The position numbers and the translations under genes are program-made. Positions 8,779-17,177 of a stretch of DNA of 48,238 nucleotides are shown here, piece by piece. The stretch comes from an uncultured Bdellovibrionales bacterium. Its GTDB lineage: Bacteria > Bdellovibrionota_C > UBA2361 > SZUA-149 > DAOLCO01. The DNA lies in NCBI GenBank assembly GCA_964472005.1, contig CAYYIQ010000001.1, positions 1 through 48,238 of the forward strand, written 5' to 3'. The notes under the pieces were generated by a model that did no database searches, was not told where the DNA came from, and saw only the letters and a program-made list of their open reading frames with translations. Position 1 is the stretch's first letter; each line of letters starts with the position of its first letter.

Positions 8779-9981
8779 TTATTCCCATTTGAAGCGTTTT
8801 AAGGCCGCTCGCGCCTCTTTTGAGTCAAGAAACTCAAGTGCGAGTCCTGCAGACATCCTGATTTCTTTCTCAGGATCGTTAAGTAGTTCAATTAGTTTTT
8901 CTGTGGAGCGAGTTTGAACCGCATTGATTTTACCCAGGCATTGCGCGGCTGCAGCTTTAACACTCTGGTCACCGCTGCTAAGAAGTTCAAATAGATCGTC
9001 TTCAAGTTCTTGAGCTTTGTCTTGGATCTTTCCGATAGCTAAGCATAGAGCAACCGGAACCTTTGGATAAGAATCGTGCAAGGCTTTGCCTAGAATTTTG
9101 AAATCTAGATCTGGGGACTCTTCAATCACGCTGTAAAGAGCTTCTGCGGCGTGAAGTCTAACAGCTTTATCTAAATTTGTTAGTTGTTTTAGATACGAAG
9201 AAATTGAACCAACTTCTTGATAAGAAGCCCAAGCTTTCATCGCATCATCTGTTCCAATCTTTCGCAATGCCTCTGCTGACGTCCATCTGACATCGGGATC
9301 TTGATCTGTCAAAGCAACATTAAGAGGTTCAATACAATTTCCGATACTGGCAACGGCCCTTAAATTTCCAATTGCCTTTGCAGCTTCGATTCGAATATCT
9401 GCATTAGTCTCCTTTAAGCAGTCAACCATAACTCCAAGGGATGATTCTGCTATGGGACCCATGTTTCCTAGAGCTGAGATACATCCTAGTTTAACCTGGA
9501 CATTATCGCTATGTATTGCGTTAATTAGATCGGGCACAGCGTCGGGTCCCAGCATACTTAAGGACCAACTAATTGCCTTGTTCAACTCCAGAATGTCTTT
9601 CTTTAAGAGTGAGATTAAGAGATGAATTGTTCCGATAGAATCAGGACCAATTTTACCAAGAGAATAGACCGCCGATCTTATCTCACTTTCATCATCCCTT
9701 GAAAGACACTCTTCTAATTTTTTAATAACGGGCAGTCCGCCATTCCCAATATCACCAAGAAATGGAATTGAAGCTTGTCTTACCAATCGGTTATTGTCGT
9801 CAGTAGCTGCGATTATCTTTGGTACGGCCTCGTGATAGAATTCAATTGTTTTTTTTACATGAGTAAGAGATCCAATGGCCCTAACCCTAATTTGCCAATC
9901 TTCATTATCTAGATCTTCAAGGTAAGACCTCATTTGGAATAGTTCTCGAGCGTCTCTTAGGTTATCTACTTCATGCGACAT
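8779..9981 (-). CDS. HEAT-repeat (PBS-lyase-type) protein
   Basis: 400 aa made of about 10 repeats of the D-x-x-VR-x-x-A-x-x-ALG type (DWQIRVRAIGSL, NADIRIEAAKAIGNL, DPDVRWTSAEALRKIG, EKEIRMSAGLALEFL). Confidence 0.8.
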   Translation of the reverse strand: MSHEVDNLRDARELFQMRSYLEDLDNEDWQIRVRAIGSLTHVKKTIEFYHEAVPKIIAATDDNNRLVRQASIPFLGDIGNGGLPVIKKLEECLSRDDESEIRSAVYSLGKIGPDSIGTIHLLISLLKKDILELNKAISWSLSMLGPDAVPDLINAIHSDNVQVKLGCISALGNMGPIAESSLGVMVDCLKETNADIRIEAAKAIGNLRAVASIGNCIEPLNVALTDQDPDVRWTSAEALRKIGTDDAMKAWASYQEVGSISSYLKQLTNLDKAVRLHAAEALYSVIEESPDLDFKILGKALHDSYPKVPVALCLAIGKIQDKAQELEDDLFELLSSGDQSVKAAAAQCLGKINAVQTRSTEKLIELLNDPEKEIRMSAGLALEFLDSKEARAALKRFKWE

Positions 9982-10306
9982 AATTTCAATAATCTCTTTT
10001 TCTATTCGTGAAATTTAAAAGCCTTAACATTCTCCATCCTAACTCGGACTCAATTAGGCGTAGGTTTCCAAAGGAGAATTCGTAATCGACCTTATTTCTT
10101 ACAATTACCTACAATTACTACTCTTTTTATTGCTCTAAAAAACAAAAATGAGTACTAATTATCGATCATTGAGTCAGATACCTTTAAAAAATCTGAAAAT
10201 ATTTCCAGCATTGGGTTTAATAAGTCCTAACTCATTCACTTAAGTGGCCAATTCCTATTGAATAATTCTTCTTGCCGAAATCTGGAGACAGTAATAAATT
10301 AGCCTC

Positions 10307-11392
10307 ATGCCCGATAAGTTCACCCCTGCCATTTCTGAAACAAACACTGAATCAACGTTTACTGGTTCTAACGATCTCTTTTTTTCCGGTAAAATTTCGG
10401 ATGAATTTTTACTGCCAATAATAGAAAGCTATATCCGTTATTACGCGAGCGGAGATGGTCATACTGCTAAGGCAAAGAAGAATGATCTGGCCCATTTTTT
10501 AAAATTTCTCTCAAAGGGAGGGATTCCCCACGATAAGATTTTAGTCCTCGATTGGACAATGCATAAAACAAGAGATTTTGTAGATCAACGAATAAAGATA
10601 GGTGAATCACCTTCCACGGTTTCCCGAAGGTTAGCGACCTTAAAACATTTAGGAAGAACTCTCTCGGAACGTGTCGTTGGGTTTATTAATCCAGCACGAG
10701 AAGTTAAAGCACCGGTTTTTCAACTGGCAAAACCACAAGGGCTTGACGATAATGAAATTAGACTCCTAAAAGAATACGTAGACAAAGAACTGCGAACTGA
10801 ATCGTATAATTTCTTGAAAATTCGAAATGCTTTGATACTGGAATTTCTATTATCAACAGGCTTAAGAGCAGATGAAATTCGCTTACTAGTTAGGGGCCAA
10901 TTTGCTGAGAACTTAAATTGGATCCAACATGTTAAGACTAAGGGGAAACGATTTAGAGATGTATATTTATCTGAGACACTTCGCCCTTTTATTCTCAGTT
11001 ATATGGAAAATGCAAAGCAAGAGATAATCTTAAAATTTCCGAGTGCTGCGAAGTTTTCAAAAAAAGAATGGGATTTTTTCCCCTTTCTAGTTAGTACGCA
11101 TCGAGCCTCAATTTTCGACCCTGCTAGTTTTGCGTTAGCACCAAAAACTCTTTGGACTATTATTTCAGATTTTGGAAAAGCAATTAGGATTGAAGAAGGT
11201 AATCAGATCTCTCATATTCATCCGCACAAGTTACGTCATACCTTTGCTCATGGACTCCTCAATTCAACCAAAGACGTCCGAATTGTGGCTCAAGCGTTAG
11301 GTCATAGCGACGTTAGAACAACGATGCGTTACACAGAAAGAACACACGAGGAATTAGCAGCTGCAATTGAGAAGAAAGAATCTAAAAAGTGA
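10307..11392 (+). CDS. tyrosine-type site-specific recombinase/integrase (Xer-like)
   Basis: 361 aa with an N-terminal SAM-like core-binding domain. Catalytic signature: GLRADEIRLL (Arg), HPHKLRHTFAH (His-x-x-Arg), LGHSDVRTTMRYT (His, Tyr). Confidence 0.85.
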   Translation: MPDKFTPAISETNTESTFTGSNDLFFSGKISDEFLLPIIESYIRYYASGDGHTAKAKKNDLAHFLKFLSKGGIPHDKILVLDWTMHKTRDFVDQRIKIGESPSTVSRRLATLKHLGRTLSERVVGFINPAREVKAPVFQLAKPQGLDDNEIRLLKEYVDKELRTESYNFLKIRNALILEFLLSTGLRADEIRLLVRGQFAENLNWIQHVKTKGKRFRDVYLSETLRPFILSYMENAKQEIILKFPSAAKFSKKEWDFFPFLVSTHRASIFDPASFALAPKTLWTIISDFGKAIRIEEGNQISHIHPHKLRHTFAHGLLNSTKDVRIVAQALGHSDVRTTMRYTERTHEELAAAIEKKESKK

Positions 11393-11598
11393 TCGGTTTA
11401 AAAATATCAAGACTCTGCCAAATCCCTATGTTAATATCTATGAAAATATTTAATTTGCAAAATAAGTGTTATTACTTCACGTCTATTTGCGGTTAGATAT
11501 TTCGCATAAGGCCTTTCATTAAGGTCTAACAACTTGTTGCTAATTATTGTTTTTTCCTATTATAATTAGGTTAATCATTTATCCTTTAAGAGAAATTT

Positions 11599-12507
11599 AT
11601 GGAAATTCAGCAATTAAAAGGCTTTCACGCGGTAGCCAAGTATCGAAACTTCACAATCGCGGCGCAAAAAACACAAAGGACCCAGCCCACTATTAGTTTG
11701 CAAGTCAAAGCCTTAGAGGATGAACTAGAAGTCAAACTGTTCGAAAGATTAGGACCTAAGAGGGTAAATTTGACTCCTGAAGGAAAGATTTTTCTAGAAA
11801 TAACTGCGCCAATCCTTCAAGATTTTGTGCAATTGAAAACAAAATTCAATGAGGCAAGAGGCCATTACCATACTAGTAACGTACAACTTGCGACTCATAG
11901 TTCAGTAATGATCTATCTATTGCCAAATATTATCAAAGAATTTAAAGAACGCTACCCTCAAGTAAAACTTTCGATTTTAAACCGGACAAGAAAAGAAATT
12001 TTAACGATGGTTGAAAATGGAGATGTCGATTTTGGTATCTCGTCGGTTGATGTTTTTCCACCAACACTCGAATATCAAATATTCTCATCATTCAACAGGA
12101 TCTTAATTGCAAATAAGGAACATCCTATTGTTCAAAATAGTAATATAACGCTAAAGGATATTGCTTCTTACCCTCTTGTCGTCCCGACCCCAGATTCTAA
12201 TACAAGAAGAATGATTGATGCGGTGTTTGCGGCAGAAGATCTCCAATATGAAATCACTATGGAAGTAGTTGGGAGAACCGCCATTAAAACATATGTCAAT
12301 ATGAATTTAGGTCTATCAATCATCAATGAGTATTACGTTTCAGAAGAAGATAAGAAACATTTATTTATTAAGAATATGAGTAAGCATTTTGGTAAAGCTG
12401 AAACTGGAATTGTGTTGCGTAGAGGACGACTACTTTCGAAGCCGGCTGAAGAATTTATCGCAATACTTCAAAGGCAAGTAGCTTTAGATAAGAGGACGTC
12501 AATTTAA
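11599..12507 (+). CDS. LysR-family transcriptional regulator
   Basis: 302 aa with an N-terminal wHTH (FTIAAQKTQRTQPTISLQVKALEDELEVKLFER) and a C-terminal substrate-binding fold. Confidence 0.9.
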   Translation: MEIQQLKGFHAVAKYRNFTIAAQKTQRTQPTISLQVKALEDELEVKLFERLGPKRVNLTPEGKIFLEITAPILQDFVQLKTKFNEARGHYHTSNVQLATHSSVMIYLLPNIIKEFKERYPQVKLSILNRTRKEILTMVENGDVDFGISSVDVFPPTLEYQIFSSFNRILIANKEHPIVQNSNITLKDIASYPLVVPTPDSNTRRMIDAVFAAEDLQYEITMEVVGRTAIKTYVNMNLGLSIINEYYVSEEDKKHLFIKNMSKHFGKAETGIVLRRGRLLSKPAEEFIAILQRQVALDKRTSI

Positions 12508-12593
12508 TACAAATTATTAATTGAAGTTCTCTTATCTGTTTCACTTTTCGTTCTATAATAAAACCATCTATCTGCAAAAGTGGAATGCTTAAT

Positions 12594-12998
12594 TCAATTT
12601 AAATTTCTAATCAAATCCATTGGATTGAACGGCTTTGAAACAAATTTTTCGAACGTCGATAGTTCTAACTCCTTCTCTATTTCGGTTTCGGGATAACCAC
12701 TAGAAATTATAATTTTAGACTTGGGATAAGCTTCCCTAATTTGGTCGAGATAGTGGATGGTATTTAGACCAGAAATTTCATAATCCATGATTATCCAATC
12801 CGGAGCGAGGTTGGAATTTTCCTCGAAATGCATAACTGAGTCGAACTTTTTTGGTTTAGTAAAACTGTCTATTTGCTCATGTGCACCAGCAGCATCTGAA
12901 ATACATGTCACGTGAAAGCCTTTTTGTTCCAAAATTTCTTTAAGTGTATCCAGTACTGGTTTATCGTCTTCAATCAATAAGACTCGGTTTTTTATCAT
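12594..12998 (-). CDS. stand-alone response-regulator receiver domain protein
   Basis: 134 aa. Acidic pocket LLIEDD, phospho-acceptor IIMDYEISG, conserved ISSG and SKPF. There is no output domain. About 18 extra residues sit before beta-3. Confidence 0.85.
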   Translation of the reverse strand: MIKNRVLLIEDDKPVLDTLKEILEQKGFHVTCISDAAGAHEQIDSFTKPKKFDSVMHFEENSNLAPDWIIMDYEISGLNTIHYLDQIREAYPKSKIIISSGYPETEIEKELELSTFEKFVSKPFNPMDLIRNLN

Positions 12999-13192
12999 TA
13001 GCTTATCTCCTGTCTAACCTACGATATTAGAAAGTCTCCGCCTCTTTTAAGAAGAAACAGCGCTTAACTTGGTAGCCCCTTATTCGAATGTACGTAGTTC
13101 TCTCTGAAAAAGATCAAGTGCTACCTTTTCATTATAACCGGATAGATAGGCCAAAAGTAAAGATTTAATTCATTTAACTTAAACTTTGTGTC

Positions 13193-15082
13193 TTAACTCA
13201 AACGCTCTACGTCTTTTTCCCACTCAAATTGCAATCCAATTAATCGATTGTCAGGTGATTTCAGAATCTTAGATGGTAACCAGGGATTGAACACTTTAAA
13301 TTCAAAATACCTAGTGTTTTCCGATAGATTCAGTGAGAGTTTTTCGCCGGGTTTAAAGGTTAGAGAATCTCCATACTTTTCTCCATATCGCAATTCAATG
13401 GATTGGTTTGGATTTCCGTTAAAGATAGTTAGTTCTCTCGATTGTCCTCTACCAGTCGGATCAAAGCAGATTTTTCCGCGTGATCCTGACCACCGATAGT
13501 ACCCTACTTCATTATCCAAATTCTTTTGTTTTTCTATTGAGTGAAAACCATAAGAGCGATTTTCTTCATTGTAGGGAGGCACGCAAATCTGCAATAAAAG
13601 ATAGATGCAAGAAACGAATAGTAGGGTTGGGAGATTTCTTACTGACCTTGTATCAATCAAGTTCGCATCTGAAATCATAACAGATATAAGAATAATAAAA
13701 ATTAATTTAAATTCTATAAAATTTAAATGGGGACCAAATATAAGACTGATCATTATAATCAATAAGATCAGTCTAGCTTTTTTCCCGATAGGTCCTAAAT
13801 TTTGATTAAATAGGATAAAAAGCCCTGAAAGGAATAAAATTAACGCAATCACTCCACCTTCGCTTGCGAGTTGAAGATAGTAGTTATTAGCGTTATCTCT
13901 CCATATTCCCAAATTAATATCGGTAGCTTTTGCTAGTTGTTCTTGCATGAAATAAAATCTACCAAAACCTAACCCCAAGATTGGATATTCGGCAACAGCC
14001 TCTAAACCTAGTTTTAAATAGACTATTCTGCTGTTGAGTTGCTCTAGCATTGATGTTGGATTTAGAGTCGAATAAAGTCTTTGCAAACTAGGGGGTAATG
14101 AATCTCTAAAACCTATTGTTAAAAATAAAAGAGTGAAAACTAAAGCCAATAGTTTCTTGATGTGTCGTTTTATTAGAGTTTGATTTTGAAATATCAAACT
14201 TAAACTCGCTAAAATAAGAACTAAGAAAAAACTGCGTGATCCAGAAAACATAGAGAGACAGAAATAAATTATGGATGCAATAATATTCGTTTTCCAGGTT
14301 TCTTTATTTGCAAAAAACATTAAAACTAAGATGAATACTGCACTCATTATTCCAAAGGCATTTGGATCACTAAATATTGAGGAATATCTTCCAACACTAA
14401 CCCAAAAATTGTTATTATTTAAAGAAGTAAGCGGGGTTGGATGATATATTTGAAAAAGCAGAACTGTCATTGCTATTGGTAAAGCTAGCAAGATACCGAG
14501 ACGTACACCACGAACAATTTTTTGAGGATCCCCCACTTTTTTTAGTAGTAATGGGAGAAAGAAAATTGAGAGATATTCAAGAAAATTAACCGTCGGCCAA
14601 AAAACATGTGCTGTTATATGGTTAAAATTTTCTAAGATATATTTTGAATCCGTCAGTAAAATATTGTCTTTCACCAGTATGAAATCTAGATCAACTTTGA
14701 AAGTTCTAATCAAAGATCCAAGGAGTGAAATAGAAAAAAGGAGGTAGAATATTAAATACCGATTGATGCCAAGTTTGCTAATTGATGTGGATGAAATAGC
14801 TAATGTAAAAACAGCAATTTGAACACAGATTCTCGCATAAGAATCTCCGAACCAGCTAGTTGAAAGTAGAATGACGAATAAAAGGGCATAGTCAGTTTCC
14901 GTTGCCTTGTCACTATTGATTTTGATGCAACTATAAGTAAGTGAGAAAAATATAAGCAAACATACAAAAATCGAGAATGAGTTTTCGACAGAATATTTAT
15001 AGATTGCAGTTTCTCCGATATTTATTGTAAGCAAATATACGATCGAAAATGATAATAGTGAGATTAGTGATCTATTTCGCAT
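13193..15082 (-). CDS. O-antigen ligase/polymerase family (Wzy_C) membrane protein with C-terminal soluble domain
   Basis: 629 aa with at least 10 hydrophobic segments. It has a Wzy_C-like loop and helix (WRDNANNYYLQLASEGGVIALILF). The last ~120 aa are hydrophilic and beta-rich. Confidence 0.8.
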   Translation of the reverse strand: MRNRSLISLLSFSIVYLLTINIGETAIYKYSVENSFSIFVCLLIFFSLTYSCIKINSDKATETDYALLFVILLSTSWFGDSYARICVQIAVFTLAISSTSISKLGINRYLIFYLLFSISLLGSLIRTFKVDLDFILVKDNILLTDSKYILENFNHITAHVFWPTVNFLEYLSIFFLPLLLKKVGDPQKIVRGVRLGILLALPIAMTVLLFQIYHPTPLTSLNNNNFWVSVGRYSSIFSDPNAFGIMSAVFILVLMFFANKETWKTNIIASIIYFCLSMFSGSRSFFLVLILASLSLIFQNQTLIKRHIKKLLALVFTLLFLTIGFRDSLPPSLQRLYSTLNPTSMLEQLNSRIVYLKLGLEAVAEYPILGLGFGRFYFMQEQLAKATDINLGIWRDNANNYYLQLASEGGVIALILFLSGLFILFNQNLGPIGKKARLILLIIMISLIFGPHLNFIEFKLIFIILISVMISDANLIDTRSVRNLPTLLFVSCIYLLLQICVPPYNEENRSYGFHSIEKQKNLDNEVGYYRWSGSRGKICFDPTGRGQSRELTIFNGNPNQSIELRYGEKYGDSLTFKPGEKLSLNLSENTRYFEFKVFNPWLPSKILKSPDNRLIGLQFEWEKDVERLS

Positions 15083-15861
15083 TTGTATTTATTATTTGAA
15101 AACGAAATTACACAATTTTCTGCAAATGGTGAAAGGAAACTATCCGAACCTTTGGAAAGTGACTTCAAAAGAATCTTTTGATTCGGAATTTCCGGAAGCT
15201 TAAAGATAGACACATCTTTAATTCCCCCGGAGAAGACATCGTATTTTGGATTACCAGATGTAATTTGAAGATTATCTACACTCTCAATATTTTGCAATTT
15301 TGCGAGGGGCAAGGTTCCCATTTCGATTACGTTTTTTTCCAACTCACCTTCTTTCTTCATGTAACCAGACATAAAATTTCCTGGGCTAATTACGAAGGTG
15401 ATTTCGTAAAAGTTGTCTTTCACAAAGTCTACCGGTGCAAAAGTAAACCAACCCCCACTACCTTTTTGATCTTGCAAATAGACCTCGAATCTACTGGAAC
15501 TTTCCACTCTACGGATCGCCACAGCCCAACCAGTAGCAGGAATTGTCTTTTTGTTGAATTTAGCCACTAACTTTTGTCGCTTTCTCAACTCAGAAGGCAC
15601 GTTGATTTTCAGAGAAAAATTTATTACGTAAATTTCATCTACCTTGAAATTCAAAGATTCTTCCACTGCAAGAGAAACTGCTTTTGGGGAAATTTCTTTC
15701 ATTTCGACATCAAGTTCGTCGCCGATTTTAGTGTCTTGTCGAATATTTCGATCTTCGCGATGTCGCAATTTAGACACAGTGCTACTTTCAACAAGGATAA
15801 GGTAAAGAGAAAAAGAAATGATTGCAAAAACTAATATCTTTATTACTAATTTTAAACTCAT
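15064..15861 (-). CDS. membrane-anchored hypothetical protein, possibly LamG/concanavalin-like fold
   Basis: 265 aa with an N-terminal TM anchor (VIKILVFAIISFSLYLILV). The segment GWAVAIRRVESSSRFEVYLQDQKGSGGWFTF resembles LamG-type beta-sandwich proteins, but only weakly. Its 3' end overlaps the Wzy_C gene start by 19 nt. Confidence 0.5.
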   Translation of the reverse strand: MSLKLVIKILVFAIISFSLYLILVESSTVSKLRHREDRNIRQDTKIGDELDVEMKEISPKAVSLAVEESLNFKVDEIYVINFSLKINVPSELRKRQKLVAKFNKKTIPATGWAVAIRRVESSSRFEVYLQDQKGSGGWFTFAPVDFVKDNFYEITFVISPGNFMSGYMKKEGELEKNVIEMGTLPLAKLQNIESVDNLQITSGNPKYDVFSGGIKDVSIFKLPEIPNQKILLKSLSKGSDSFLSPFAENCVISFSNNKYKCEIDH

Positions 15862-15990
15862 ATTTAGTGATTTATTTTATAGATGTGGCTACCATTCGAA
15901 TCGAATAAGTGCTTATCAGAAAGAGATTATTAAGGATAATTATTTGTAAGAGAATCACGACATATTTAAGACTAAATCAGAGTTCATCAC

Positions 15991-16027
15991 AAAAAAAAAC
16001 CTCAAGCAATATAAATACTGCTTGAGG
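15991..16027 (-). terminator. rho-independent terminator after rplI
   Basis: The minus strand reads CCTCAAGCA-gtatttatat-TGCTTGAGG followed by TTTTTTTTT. That is a 9-bp stem with a 9-T tail, ~34 nt past the rplI stop. Confidence 0.8.
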
Positions 16028-16060
16028 TTTCAAGATCGATATTAGAAAAATTATCGAGTA

Positions 16061-16648
16061 CTACTCTTCGATTTTCTCGGAATCTTCAGCTGCTTCTAAC
16101 GCGTCAGTTTCTTCCTTTTTCTTAGTCGCTTTTTTCTTTGCGTTCATTTCCATTTGAATTCTAGCTTGTTCAGCTGCCTGCTTTTCCTCTTCAGGAGTAG
16201 CCTGAGCACCTTCAACTAAAACTGTAAATGTTCCATTAACTTCGGAATGAAGCTTAATACCGACAGTGTGTCGACCTAGTTTTCTTAGTGGTTCTGAAAG
16301 AATAACTCGTCTTCTATCAACATCAATATCCTTCTGAGTTTTTAATGCTTCAGCGATATCTTTTGTGTTAATAGAACCGAATGTTCTTCCGCCGCTACCA
16401 ACTCTAAGGTTAACGGTTACTGCATTACCTTTCCACTCTTCGACTGCTTTTAAAGCATTCTCTTTCAATCGTTTCTTCTTTGAAACGATCTGGTTCATTC
16501 TGTGCTTGATAGCTTTACTACTTCCAGCGTTCGCTTCAACAGCAAACCCTTTTGGAATGAGAAAATTTCGTGCATAGCCCGGACGAACCTTAACTAATTC
16601 TCCGATATCTCCTACTCCGACAACGTCCTCAATTAATAAAATTTCCAT
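16061..16648 (-). CDS. rplI: 50S ribosomal protein L9 (with ~48-aa Lys/Glu-rich C-terminal tail)
   Basis: MEILLIEDVVGVGDIGELVKVRPGYARNFLIPKGFA is the canonical L9 N-terminus. AGGA sits 7 nt before ATG 16648. The ORF-track start at 16654 is a TTG two codons upstream. Confidence 0.95.
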   Translation of the reverse strand: MEILLIEDVVGVGDIGELVKVRPGYARNFLIPKGFAVEANAGSSKAIKHRMNQIVSKKKRLKENALKAVEEWKGNAVTVNLRVGSGGRTFGSINTKDIAEALKTQKDIDVDRRRVILSEPLRKLGRHTVGIKLHSEVNGTFTVLVEGAQATPEEEKQAAEQARIQMEMNAKKKATKKKEETDALEAAEDSEKIEE

Positions 16649-16693
16649 ATTCAATTCCTACTTAATATTTAGCTAATTTAAAAATTATGGTGA

Positions 16694-17158
16694 TTAAACC
16701 GATGCTGATTTTCCGTCAGTATCTGAATCGTCTGAGTCAGAGTTGTCGTCGTCATCTGCGCCATCAGAGTCACTTGTTTTACTACCAAATTGACTTTGTG
16801 GAGGTCTGTACCCATAAGTAAAATCACTCTTCAATCGACCATCTAGATCTGGTGAATAAGCGTTCTTTGTAACTACAAAGCTTCTTAAAACCTCATCCAT
16901 CAAATGCAATTGTCTGTTTAAATCAGCTATGACTGTACTCTCACCTGTTAGGTTTGCAGCAACAAAAAGGCCATATTTATAATTGTTGATTGGATATGCT
17001 AATGATCTTCTGCCCCAAATTTCGCGCTTCTGAAGTTCGCCATTATGCTTAGTGGCAACTTCTGCGATTTTCGAAATACGTTCTTGAACGGTTTCTTCTT
17101 GGGTATTTGGATTAAACACAACAAGTATTTCGTATGTTCTCATTTTTGTAGTAATCAT
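16694..17158 (-). CDS. rpsF: 30S ribosomal protein S6 (acidic Asp/Ser tail)
   Basis: MRTYEILVVFNP...REIWGRRSLAYPI is the S6 signature. The canonical N-terminus is at Met6 (17143), so the start is either 17158 or 17143. Confidence 0.93.
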   Translation of the reverse strand: MITTKMRTYEILVVFNPNTQEETVQERISKIAEVATKHNGELQKREIWGRRSLAYPINNYKYGLFVAANLTGESTVIADLNRQLHLMDEVLRSFVVTKNAYSPDLDGRLKSDFTYGYRPPQSQFGSKTSDSDGADDDDNSDSDDSDTDGKSASV

Positions 17159-17177
17159 TTTTCCTCAGTCTTTCTTT

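Noticed and set aside
13248-13805. Three short plus-strand ORFs inside the Wzy_C gene. Similar antisense ORFs occur at 2004..2228, 15178..15834, 19111..19368, 25371..25911, 34176..34831, 36282..37610, 39518..39946 and 42165..42377.
   Set aside because: All lie fully inside well-supported genes on the opposite strand. None has recognisable motifs, so I treat them as shadow ORFs.
15895-15902. att-like repeat of the tRNA-Arg 3' end (ttcgaatc) at the far side of the accessory block
   Set aside because: The match is only 8 nt, palindromic and AT-rich, which is expected by chance.
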